This document shows positions 40,123-51,800 of a DNA stretch of 64,000 nucleotides, piece by piece; the stretch's first letter is position 1, and the number at the start of each line of letters is the position of its first letter. Both the position numbers and the translations under genes were made by a program. Origin of the DNA: Eledone cirrhosa (taxonomy: Eukaryota); contig OZ024759.1 of the NCBI GenBank assembly GCA_964016885.1, positions 22,444,001 through 22,508,000 of the forward strand, written 5' to 3'. Below the pieces are notes generated by a model. It worked only from the letters and a program-made list of their open reading frames with translations, was not told the origin of the DNA and ran no database searches.

Positions 40123-40649
40123 GCAATTCTACTAAGTAGAATTAGTATACTTATAGGTAAAATTTTATTCATTTTTTAAAAAAAAATATAGAAACGGAAA
40201 GGGAGGTAACACGTCTCAAAATATATTTAGTGTGTTATCTCACTCTTATTCCGTTTCTATATTTAAATTAATTTAGAATCTACTAGTATTTTGTACATAT
40301 ATGCAGAACAATTATTATGGAGATAAATATATGTGTGGGTTGTCTTATATATATACATAAGACAATTATTAACGCATTAATAATTGTCTTATGTATATAC
40401 ATAAGACAATTATTGGTGGTGTTGTGAAGATGGGGTTGTTGTACATATATACACAACAATTGTTATGGAGATAAATATAAGTTATGAAGGTAAGTTTGAG
40501 GATAGCCTCAGAAGGATGGAAGAAGTCCTTGACAAAGTCGACCAGGGTCTCAACATTCTGCTGCTGTGAGACTTTTAACCTACCTATGGCCACCTCCTCC
40601 CTGGAATGACATCACTCGAACAGAGACAGATGGAGTCCATACTGGCCCT

Positions 40650-40800
40650 AAGACACAGGAACAAGCAGTACTCCTCCCAACAAGAGGCGAGAATGTTATG
40701 GAACTGATTTACAGATAACACAGTGCTCATCCGCAATGTAAAGGTTACACTAACGATTTTCTCGGACCATAACTTAGTAGAACTAATGACATGTGGTCTG
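40650..40800 (+). mobile_element. Possible LINE APE-endonuclease relic
   Basis: LIRNVKVTLTIFSDHNLVEL contains the SDH motif typical of LINE endonucleases. Confidence 0.4.
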
Positions 40801-43393
40801 AGAGAGTCACATTTTCAATATGATTACAATACAAACCATGTGCCAGAACAACAGACAAAAATCTTATTCCCAGATCTCAAAACAGTTAAATGCACAACAG
40901 AAAAAACAATAAGGAACCCTATCTGAAATAGGCACTACTTGAAATTGAAATGACACTCAAACTTTTCCATGAGAAGGATGGGAGAAGCCATAGAAAATAT
41001 TAAAACAAACCTTTAAATTTGCAAAAGAAACTGCCTTGGTACACTGTAAGATTGGGCCACTCTTCCATAAAAATGGTTCATTCTTTTTATTGATAACGTA
41101 TGTAAATGACTCATTTCCTTTTACAGATGTCCAGCCTTCAAGGTCATATGCTGTGTTATTTGTCGTAACAAGTGAGAATGGCGAAGTTTCTGTAAATAAA
41201 AAAGGTTACATTTTATATACAAATCATGTTCAGTTTATTTTGACAAAAATGAATAAAGAAGTCAAGTAGAGGTTTAACAGTTGCCTCAAAAGGTAGATGG
41301 CCTCCGTAGTACTTTTACCTGTCACAAATCCAAACTATAGAGGTATGTAATGTTTTCTTTGCTCTATACACATACATTTTATTAGATGCATACTTTATGT
41401 CAACAACTCTCACACTTTGGATCTTGTGTTCATGTGGCTTTCTGGCACATCGCCACTCACTCAACATGCTTTCTTTGAAATTAAAACATAATACACATAC
41501 AAATAGTGTTACCCCTTCTAAGAAACTAAACTAAACCATCTCGACACTATATACATACTTTCTAACTCAAATTTCTCTCTATAAACCTCATTCTGTAGAT
41601 CTTTCTTTAGAGACATACATATAAAACTATATACTCTCAACTAAGAAAAATATATAAACCTTCTTCTCTATACCTTTCCTTTTTTCTTCTAATAAACCTC
41701 TATACACAGCTACATTTTATTATCTTCTCTATTTCTTTCACACGTGTCCTCTTCTATGTAGAGAGAAACCTTTGTGAGAATCGAACTCACGATTGTAAAG
41801 TCCGACAACTTTACATAAATACTTTGCGCATTGATGTCCAATTATTTCGGCGCATGCGTACTTTAATGAAAATTAAATGGCCGCATGAAGAACTACATGT
41901 TTTACAACGTGAATTAAAAAAACGTTAAAAACTTGGATTTTACTAATTTTACGGAGGTAAACTAAAGCTTTATTTTATGTTGATCAGTTTTATTGAAACA
42001 TTTTCTGTTTATTTCCCTCCATAATGTCAGAAATAATTATTTAAACATTAGTTTTGTTTAGCCACATCTACATTCTAATGTAATACAACACCCTCCTCAT
42101 ACATATTTCTTGCTCATACGAAATAGTGTATTTTGTTAATTATTATTTAAGCTTGTAAATAATATATTTCTATTTCCCTTCATGATATCCTCGTATTTTG
42201 TAATCAGAGGTTAACTGTTGATCCGTGTTAACTAGATCGATATCGCTTTAACTTTTAACCTACAATCATTTATATTCTTAGTTTCTTTCGTTAGAAACTT
42301 TATTTACATTTTCAGTTTCTTATTTTCCCACCAACAATATTATGTAGACGATAGTTTTGTTTAAGCTACTGCCACATTTCTAGGTCATATGAAATAGAAT
42401 TTAGCTTATTTTCTATATTATTTAAATAATATATTTCTAGTTCCCTTCATGATATCCTCGTGTTTTGTTGTAAATTCGTTTTGGAGGACTTGCTCCTGTC
42501 ACACATGATGTTGGTATATTCTGGTTATTAATATTAACCAGAATCTTTTGAGATTGTTGTCTTTGGTCAGGGTGAATATTACACCCGTCACGTTTTGGCC
42601 ATAAAACTTAAGTTTTGTACCCATTTTTTTTTTTTTAGATATCATGATCGTAATCAAAGATTAACTGTTGATTAATTTAGATATCATGATCGTAATCAAA
42701 GATTAACTGTCGGTCAGTGTTAACTAGATCGATATCACTTTAACCCTTTACATTCTTAGTTTCTTCTCACGAAACTTTATTTACGTTCTTTGTTCCTTTT
42801 CAACACTTCATTTACATTCTTAGTTTCTTTTCTCGTCATTGAAGACAACTAAGAATGTAGATGAAGTTTCTAAAGAAAGAAATTTAGTTGTGTTTTTTTT
42901 TTTTAGACATCATCATCGTAATCAGATCGATATTATTAACCAGATCGATACCGCTTTAACTTTTAATCTACGTAACAAGTAACCGTTTACAATCCTCTTT
43001 ATGCATTTTATGTACATTCCTAGTTTCTTTCTTTATACACTTCATCTACCTTCTTATTTCCTTTCTTTAAGAAACTTCATATAGATTCTTAGTTTCCTCT
43101 ATTTAAATGATTTTTATAATAAAAGACAAAATTGAATGAATTTTATAAAGTTTAACATTCTTTTTATTGACAACGTCTGTAAATGACTTTTATTTCTTTT
43201 ACAGATGTCCAATCATCGAGGTCATATGCTGTGTTGTTTGCCGTAACAAGTAGGAATGTCGTAGTTTTTGTTAATAAAGAAAGTTTACATCTTATATACG
43301 AATTGTGTTCAGTTTATTTTGCCAAAGATGAATAAAGAAATCAAGAGTCTACAAGAAACTGAGTAAGACGCGCTATAAAGAACGTAAGTGTAT

Positions 43394-43672
43394 ATGAAGT
43401 TTCTAAATAAAGAAACTAAGAGGTAGATAAAGTTTCTTGAAAGAAACTAAGAATGATGAAGTTTCTAAATAAAGAAACTAAGAGGTAGATAAAGTTTCTT
43501 GAAAGAAACTGAGAATGATAAATTTTTTAAATAAAGAAACTAAGGGGTAGATAAAGTTTCTTGAAAGAAACTAAGAATGATGAAGTTTCTAAATAAAGAA
43601 ACTAAGAGGTAGATAAAGTTTCTTGAAAGAAACTAAGAATGATAAATTTTTTAAATAAAGAAACTAAGAATG
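43394..43672. repeat. 62-bp tandem repeat (~4.5 copies; mirror at ~44232-44512), each unit two ~31-bp AGTTTCT-N-AGAAACT subunits
   Basis: Unit registers at 43396, 43458, 43520, 43582 and 43644. Confidence 0.9.
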
Positions 43673-43771
43673 TTTTTGAAATTGTCGAAAAATAGATCTA
43701 TGAAACGTACCCTCTTTTTTTAATTTTTTTTTTTTATTAAAGGGAGGTAACTCTGTAATATTTTTGAGAGA

Positions 43772-44133
43772 ACACCTTCGTCACCGTCGTTACCACCGTC
43801 GGCACCTTCGTAACCGTCGTCACCATTACCGCCGCCACCTGGTGGCGGAGGTAAAGATACCGACGACGACGAAGTTGCACCGTCGTCTTCGTCGGTACCT
43901 TTGCCGCCGCCACCTGGTGGCGGAGGTAAAGGTACCGACGACGACGAAGTTGCACCGTCGTCTTCGTCGGTGTCTTTTCCTCCGCCACCAGGTGGCGGCG
44001 GCAAAGGTACCGACGAAGACGACGGTGCAACTTCGTCGTCGTCGGTATCTTTACCTCCGCCACCAGGTGGCGGCGGTAATGGTGACGACGGTTACGAAGG
44101 TGCCGACGGTGGTAACGACGGTGACGAAGGTGT
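43772..44133. other. CpG/GC-rich nested-hairpin core of the palindrome
   Basis: 9-bp ACCGTCGT-type repeats flank 75-bp units containing CCGCCACC-T-GGTGGCGG and ACCGACGACGACGAAGTTGCACCGTCGTCTTCGTCGGT hairpins. Confidence 0.9.
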
Positions 44134-46829
44134 TCTCTCAAAAATATTACAGAGTTACCTCCCTTTAATAAAAAAAAAAATTAAAAAAAGAGGGTACGTT
44201 TCATAGATCTATTTTTCGACAATTTCAAAAACATTCTTAGTTTCTTTATTTAGAAACTTCATCATTCTCAGTTTCTTTCAAGAAACTTTATCTACCCCTT
44301 AGTTTCTTTATTTAGAAACTTCATCATTCTTAGTTTCTTTCAAGAAACTTTATCTACCCCTTAGTTTCTTTATTTAGAAACTTCATCATTCTTAGTTTCT
44401 TTCAAGAAACTTTATCTACCCCTTAGTTTCTTTATTTAGAAACTTCATCATTCTTAGTTTCTTTCAAGAAACTTTATCTACCTCTTAGTTTCTTTATTTA
44501 GAAACTTCATATACACTTACGTTCTTTATAGCGCGTCTTACTCAGTTTCTTGTAGACTCTTGATTTCTTTATTCATCTTTGGCAAAATAAACTGAACACA
44601 ATTCGTATATAAGATGTAAACTTTCTTTATTAACAAAAACTACGACATTCCTACTTGTTACGGCAAACAACACAGCATATGACCTCGATGATTGGACATC
44701 TGTAAAAGAAATAAAAGTCATTTACAGACGTTGTCAATAAAAAGAATGTTAAACTTTATAAAATTCATCCAATTTTGTCTTTTATTATAAAAATCATTTA
44801 AATAGAGGAAACTAAGAATCTATATGAAGTTTCTTAAAGAAAGGAAATAAGAAGGTAGATGAAGTGTATAAAGAAAGAAACTAGGAATGTACATACAATT
44901 CATAAAGAGGATTGTAAACGGTTACTTGTTACGTAAATTAAAAGTTAAAGCGGTATCGATCTGGTTAATAATATCGATCTGATTACGATGATGATGTCTA
45001 AAAAAAAAAAACACAACTAAATTTCTTTCTTTAGAAACTTCATCTACATTCTTAGTTGTCTTCAATGACGAGAAAAGAAACTAAGAATGTAAATGAAGTG
45101 TTGAAAAGGAACAAAGAACGTAAATAAAGTTTCGTGAGAAGAAACTAAGAATGTAAAGGGTTAAAGTGATATCGATCTAGTTAACACTGACCGACAGTTA
45201 ATCTTTGATTACGATCATGATATCTAAATTAATCAACAGTTAATCTTTGATTACGATCATGATATCTAAAAAAAAAAAAATGGGTACAAAACTTAAGTTT
45301 TATGGCCAAAACGTGACGGGTGTAATATTCACCCTGACCAAAGACAACAATCTCAAAAGATTCTGGTTAATATTAATAACCAGAATATACCAACATCATG
45401 TGTGACAGGAGCAAGTCCTCCAAAACGAATTTACAACAAAACACGAGGATATCATGAAGGGAACTAGAAATATATTATTTAAATAATATAGAAAATAAGC
45501 TAAATTCTATTTCATATGACCTAGAAATGTGGCAGTAGCTTAAACAAAACTATCGTCTACATAATATTGTTGGTGGGAAAATAAGAAACTGAAAATGTAA
45601 ATAAAGTTTCTAACGAAAGAAACTAAGAATATAAATGATTGTAGGTTAAAAGTTAAAGCGATATCGATCTAGTTAACACGGATCAACAGTTAACCTCTGA
45701 TTACAAAATACGAGGATATCATGAAGGGAAATAGAAATATATTATTTACAAGCTTAAATAATAATTAACAAAATACACTATTTCGTATGAGCAAGAAATA
45801 TGTATGAGGAGGGTGTTGTATTACATTAGAATGTAAGATGTGGCTAAACTAAACTAATGTTTAAATAATTATTTCTGACATTATGGAGGGAAATAAACAG
45901 AAAGTGTTTCAATAAAATTGATCAACATAAAATAAAGCTTTAGTTTACCTCCGTAAAATTAGTAAAATCCAAGTTTTTAACGTTTTTTTAATTCACGTTG
46001 TAAAACATGTAGTTCTTCATGCGACCATTTAATTTTCACTAAAGTACGCATGCGCCGAAATAATTGGACATCAATGCGCAAAGTATTTATGTAAAGTTGT
46101 CGGACTTTACAATCGTGAGTTCGATTCTCACAAAGGTTTCTCTCTACATAGAAGAGGACACGTGTGAAAGAAATAGAGAAAATAATAAAATGTAGCTGTG
46201 TATAGAGGTTTATTAGAAGAAAAAAGGAAAGGTATAGAGAAGAAGGTTTATATATTTTTCTTAGTTGAGAGTATATAGTTTTATATGTATGTCTCTAAAG
46301 AGAGATCTACAGAATGAGGTTTATAGAGAGAAATTTGAGTTAGAAAGTATGTATATAGTGTCGAGATGGTTTAGTTTAGTTTCTTAGAAGGGCTAACACT
46401 ATTTGTATGTGTATTATGTTTTAATTTCAAAGAAAGCATGTTGAGTGAGTGACGATGTGCCAGAAAGCCACATGAACACAAGATCCAAAGTGTGAGAGTT
46501 GTTGACATAAAGTATGCATCTAATAACATGTATGTGTATAGAGCAAAGAAAACATTATATACCTCTATAGTTTGGATTTGTGACAGGTAAAAGTACTACG
46601 GAGGCCATCTACCTTTTGAAGCAACTGGTAAACCTCTACTTGATTTCTTTATTCATTTTTGTCAAAATAAACTGAACATGATTTGTATATAAAATGTAAC
46701 CTTTTTTTATTTACAGAAACTTCGCCGTTCCCACGTGTTACGACAAATAACACCGCATATGACCTTGAAGGCTGGACATCTGTAAAAGGAAATGAATGTC
46801 ATTTACATACGTTATCAATAAAAAGAATA

Positions 46830-48190
46830 TTAAACTGTATTAAATTCTTTCTATTTTGTCTTTTATTACATATAGATTTAAATAGAGGAAACAAGAAAAC
46901 CTTTCCTACATCGAAGGAGGTAACTAAACTAAGAATGTAAATGAAGTGTTGAAAACGAACAAAGAAAGTAAATGAAGTTTCGTAAGAAGAATCTAAATGG
47001 TTCTATGCTACCTAGGTTAAAATGATATCGATCTAGTTAATACTGACCAACAGTTAATCTTTGATTATGATGATGATGATGATATCTAAAAAAAAAAATT
47101 TCGTTCAAAACTAGACAGGTATAATATTGACTATGATCAAAGATGACAGATCCAAAAGATTCTGGTTAATATTAAGATGTGCCAGAAAGCCACATAAAAA
47201 TCCCTTCACATAAACACAATATCCAAAATGCATGTGAGGTTTATTGACATAAAATGTATGTGTATGGTTGTTCGCGAGGTCCGGGAACGCAGGCCAGCAA
47301 GTAGCCATCCTGCAAACAGTCCCAGCTGCATAAGCCACGAAGACCTCGTAACGATTCGAACTTCAGACACATAGAATGGCCACGCCATGCATAAGTAGAC
47401 GACGAAGTCCGAACCGCTGCTTTTAGGTAAAACTTTATTCATTAAAATATATATATATATATAGAAATGGAGAGGAAAGTAACACGTCTCAAAATAGATT
47501 TCGTGTGTTATCTCACATTCCGTTTCTATATTTAAATTAATTTAGAATCTACTAGTATTTTGTACATATATGCAGAACAATTGCAGAACAAGGCGGTGGA
47601 TTGGCAGTATCGATAGAGGGTCGGACGCCATGCTTTGCAGCACAGTTAGTCCCTTTACGGACTGAGTTCAAATCCCGCCGAGGTTAACTTTGCCTTTCAT
47701 CCTTACGGGGTCGATAAAATAAAGTACCAGTAATACACTGGAGTAATTGCTGGCCTTGTGCCAAATGTAGAAACAATTATTATGGAGATAAATATATGTA
47801 CACATATGTGTGGGTGTATATACGTTAATAATTGTCTTATGTATAAGACAAATATTAACGCATTGGTGGTGTTGTGAAGATGGGGTTGTTGTACATATAT
47901 ACACAACAATTGTTATGGAGATAAATATATGTGTGGGTGTATATGTATATATGCCGAGGAGAGAGAAGAAGGGGGAGCACGTCAGCTCTGATAGAGAAGA
48001 TCAGAAGTGTGGAGAGAGCGGTTGATAGGTCTAAGTGACACACTGATAGTACATATGAAGCAACTGTAAATGGCAATATGTGTCACATATCGGCCACCCG
48101 ACGCACCTAGTTATGAAGGTAAGTTTGAGGATAGCCTCAGAAGGATGGAAGAAGTCCTTGACAAAGTCGACCAGGGTCTCAACATTCTGC
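46830..48190 (+). repeat. Third, more diverged and partial copy of element modules (including truncated candidate RNA at 47268-47420)
   Basis: Matches 34500-34640, 39950-40100, 40155-40330 and 40400-40560 with more substitutions. Confidence 0.8.
47592..47778 (+). mobile_element. tRNA-derived Meta-domain-type SINE
   Basis: GGCGGTGGATTGGCAG...GAGTTCAAATCCCGCCGAGGTTAACTTTGCCTTTCATCC..CGGGGTCGATAAAATAAAGTACCAG. Confidence 0.85.
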
Positions 48191-48227
48191 ATATATATAA
48201 ATACATAAGTTTATGAATAATTATCTA

Positions 48228-48279
<52 letters not shown>

Positions 48280-48289
48280 CATATTTATA

Positions 48290-48745
48290 TGTTTCAAGGA
48301 AGATAATAAGCTACATGAGAGGTTCACAGTAGAAGTGGGGAACAGGTTCAGTGCTCAGACGAGGGAGAGATTGGAGGGACTAAGGAGAGTGTGACGGGGA
48401 GGTACCGGTACTTCACCAATGCAAGTGAGACTCTGGTGCCGAGGAGAGAGAAGAAGAGGAAGCACGTCAGCTCTGATAAAGAAGATCAGAAGTGTGGAGA
48501 GAGCGGTTGACAGGTCTAGGTGTAAGGAGAGCTGGATGATCATAGGGAGGAAGAGAAGGGGTTCGAGTCAGATCCAGGGAACAGGACCCGAGGATAGGAA
48601 GAGGAAATGGCTGGACCATTTTAGGGCCCTCCGCAGTTGTATGATCAACTGGATATGGAGACACGACCCTTCACCAGAGAGGAGCTTCCGAGACCCCAAA
48701 AGAAAATCAAAGAGGGCTAGGCTCATGGAGTGGCATCAGAAGTGT
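48290..48745 (+). mobile_element. Decayed RTE-like LINE fragment
   Basis: RFTVEVGNRFSAQ resembles the RTE linker motif; RKRKWLDHF follows. Confidence 0.45.
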
Positions 48746-48754
48746 GATTTTGAT

Positions 48755-48870
48755 TAGAGCATTGGGCTTGCAATCGAAAGGTTGTGAGTTCGATTCTCGG
48801 ACCGGGTGATGTCTTGTGTCCTTGAGCAAGACACTTTATTTCACGTTGCTCTAATTTACTCAGCTGTAGA
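48755..48870 (+). mobile_element. CORE-type SINE at the satellite boundary
   Basis: GTGAGTTCGATTCTCGGACC...GTGTCCTTGAGCAAGACACTTTATTTCACGTTGCTC. Confidence 0.75.
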
Positions 48871-48883
48871 AGGGGGAGGGGGA

Positions 48884-51800
48884 AGCTACGACATATATAT
48901 TCTATATTAAAAGACAGACCCACTCTCAGATGTAACTGTGGGCTATATGGTATGACAGCTACCACAATATACTGTATATAAAGGATGTTAAAAGACAGAC
49001 CTATCCTCAGATGTAACTGTGGGCTATATGGTATGACAGCTACCACAATATACTGTATATAAAGGATGTTAAAAGACAGACCCACCCTCAGATGTAACTC
49101 TGGGCTATATGGTATGACAGCTACCACAATATACTGTATATAAAGGATATTAAAAGACAGACCCACTCTCAGATGTAACTGTGGGCTATATGGTATGACA
49201 GCTACCACAATATACTGTATATAAAGGATGTTAAAAGACAGACCTATCCTCAGATGTAACTGTGGGCTATATGGTATGACAGCTACCACAATATACTGTA
49301 TATAAAGGATGTTAAAAGACAGACCCACCCTCAGATGTAACTCTGGGCTATATGGTATGACAGCTACCACAATATACTGTATAAAAAGGATGTTAAAAGA
49401 CAGACCCATCCTCAGATGTAACTGTGGGCTATATGGTATGACAGCTACCACAATATACTGTATATAAAGGATGTTAAAAGACAGACCCACCCTCAGATGT
49501 AACTCTGGGCTATATGGTATGACAGCTACCACAATATACTGTATATAAAGGATGTTAAAAGACAGACCCATCCTCAGATGTAACTCTGGGCTATATGGTA
49601 TGACAGCTACCACAATATACTGTATATAAAGGATGTTAAAAGACAGACCCATCCTCAGATGTAACTGTGGGCTATATGGTATGACAGCTACCACAATATA
49701 CTGTATATAAAGGATGTTAAAAGACAGACCCACCCTCAGATGTAACTCTGGGCTATATGGTATGACAGCTACCACAATATACTGTATATAAAGGATGTTA
49801 AAAGACAGACCCATCCTCAGATGTAACTGTGGGCTATATGGTATGACAGCTACCACAATATACTGTATATAAAGGATGTTAAAAGACAGACCCATCCTCA
49901 AATGTAACTGTGGGCTATATAGTATGACAGCTACCGCAATATACTGTATATAAAGGATGTTAAAAGACAGACCCATTCTCAAATGTAACTGTGGGCTATA
50001 TGGTATGACAGCTACCACAATATACTGTATATAAAGGATGTTAAAAGACAGACCCATCCTCAGATGTAACTGTGGGCTATATGGTATGACAGCTACCACA
50101 ATATACTGTATATAAAGTATGTTAAAAGACAGACCCATCCTCAGATGTAACTGTGGGCTATATGGTATGACAGCTACCACAGATGTAACTGTGGGCTATA
50201 TGGTATGACAGCTACCACAATATACTGTATATAAAGGATGTTAAAAGACAGACCCATCCTCAGATGTAACTGTGGGCTATATGGTATGACAGCTACCACA
50301 ATATACTGTATATAAAGGATGTTTAAAGACAGACCCACCCTCAGATGTAACTGTGGGTTATATGGTATGACAGCTACCACAGATGTAAGTGTGGTCTATA
50401 TGGTATGACAGCTACCACAATATACTGTATATAAAGGATGTTAAAAGACAGACCCATCCTCAGATGTAACTGTGGGCTATATGGTATGACAGCTACCACA
50501 ATATACTGTATATAAAGTATGTTAAAAGACAGACCCATCCTCAGATGCAACTGTGGGCTATATGGTATGACAGCTACCACAGATGTAACTGTGGGCTATA
50601 TGGTATGACAGCTACCACAATATACTGTATATAAAGGATGTTAAAAGACAGACCCATCCTCAGATGTAACTGTGGGCTATATGGTATGACAGCTACCACA
50701 ATATACTGTATATAAAGTATGTTAAAAGACAGACCCATCCTCAGATGTAACTGTGGGCTATATGGTATGACAGCTACCACAGTTGTAACTGTGGGCTATA
50801 TGGTATGACAGCTACCACAATATACTGTATATAAAGGATGTTAAAAGACAGACCCATCCTCAGATGTAACTGTGGGCTATATAGTATGACAGCTACCACA
50901 ATATACTGTATATAAAGGATGTTAAAAGACAGACCTATCCTCAGATGTAACTGTGGGCTATATGGTATGACAGCTACCACAATATACTGCATATAAAGGA
51001 TGTTAAAAGACAGACCCACCCTCAGATGTAACTGTGGGCTATATGGTATGACAGCTACCACAATATACTGTATATAAAGGATGTTAAAAGACAGACCCAC
51101 ACTCAGATGTAACTGTGGGCTATATGGTATGACAGCTACCACAATATACTGTATATAAAGGATGTTAAAAGACAGACCCACCCTCAGATGTAACTGTGGG
51201 CTATATGTTATGACAGCTACCATAGATGTAACTGTGGGCTATATGGTATGACAGCTACCACAATATACTGTATATAAAGGATGTTAAAAGACAGACCCAC
51301 CCTCAGATGTAACTGTGGGCTATAAGGTATGACAGCTACCACAATATACTGTATATAAAGGATGTTAAAAGACAGACCCACCCTCAGATGTAACTGTGGG
51401 CTATATGGTATGACAGCTACCACAATATACTGTATGTAAAGGATGTTAAAAGACAGACCCACCCTCAGATGTAACTGTGGGCTATAAGGTATGACAGCTA
51501 CCACAATATACTGTATATAAAGGATGTTAAAAGACAGACCCACCCTCAGATATAACTGTGGGCTATATGGTATGACAGCTACCACAATATACTGTATGTA
51601 AAGGATGTTAAAAAACAGACCCAGCCGCAGATGTAAGTGTGGGCTATATGGTATGAGAGCTACCACAATATACTGTATATAAAGGATGTTAAAAGACAGA
51701 CCCACCCTCAGATGTAACTGTGGGCAATATGGTATGACAGCTACCACAGATGTAACTGTGGGCTATATGGTATGACAGCTACCACAATATACTGTATATA

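Larger units (their letters stand above)
36508..40334 (+). repeat. Modular element unit B (expanded copy of unit A)
   Basis: See unit A. Contains expanded 66-bp and 87-bp tandem arrays. Confidence 0.9.
41080..46828. repeat. ~5.75 kb palindrome (two ~2.85 kb inverted arms, no unrelated spacer), symmetry centre ~43952
   Basis: ATTCTTTTTATTGATAACG at ~41080 mirrors CGTTATCAATAAAAAGAAT at ~46828. Mirror ORFs 43737-44141(-) and 43764-44168(+) are nearly identical. The arms differ by scattered substitutions. Confidence 0.95.

Noticed and set aside
37470-40133. Polinton/Maverick with AGTAG termini
   Set aside because: The inverted similarity continues outside AGTAG, no 6-bp TSD is visible, and there are no polB, integrase or capsid ORFs.
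43720-44206. Arg-rich (protamine-like) and PPPPGGGG ORFs
   Set aside because: They are mirror-image translations of a DNA hairpin with non-ATG starts; the composition is explained by the palindrome.
41080-46828. Pure sequencing fold-back artefact
   Set aside because: The arms carry many substitutions and different tandem-repeat variants, unlike a single molecule read twice. It is not fully excluded without raw reads.
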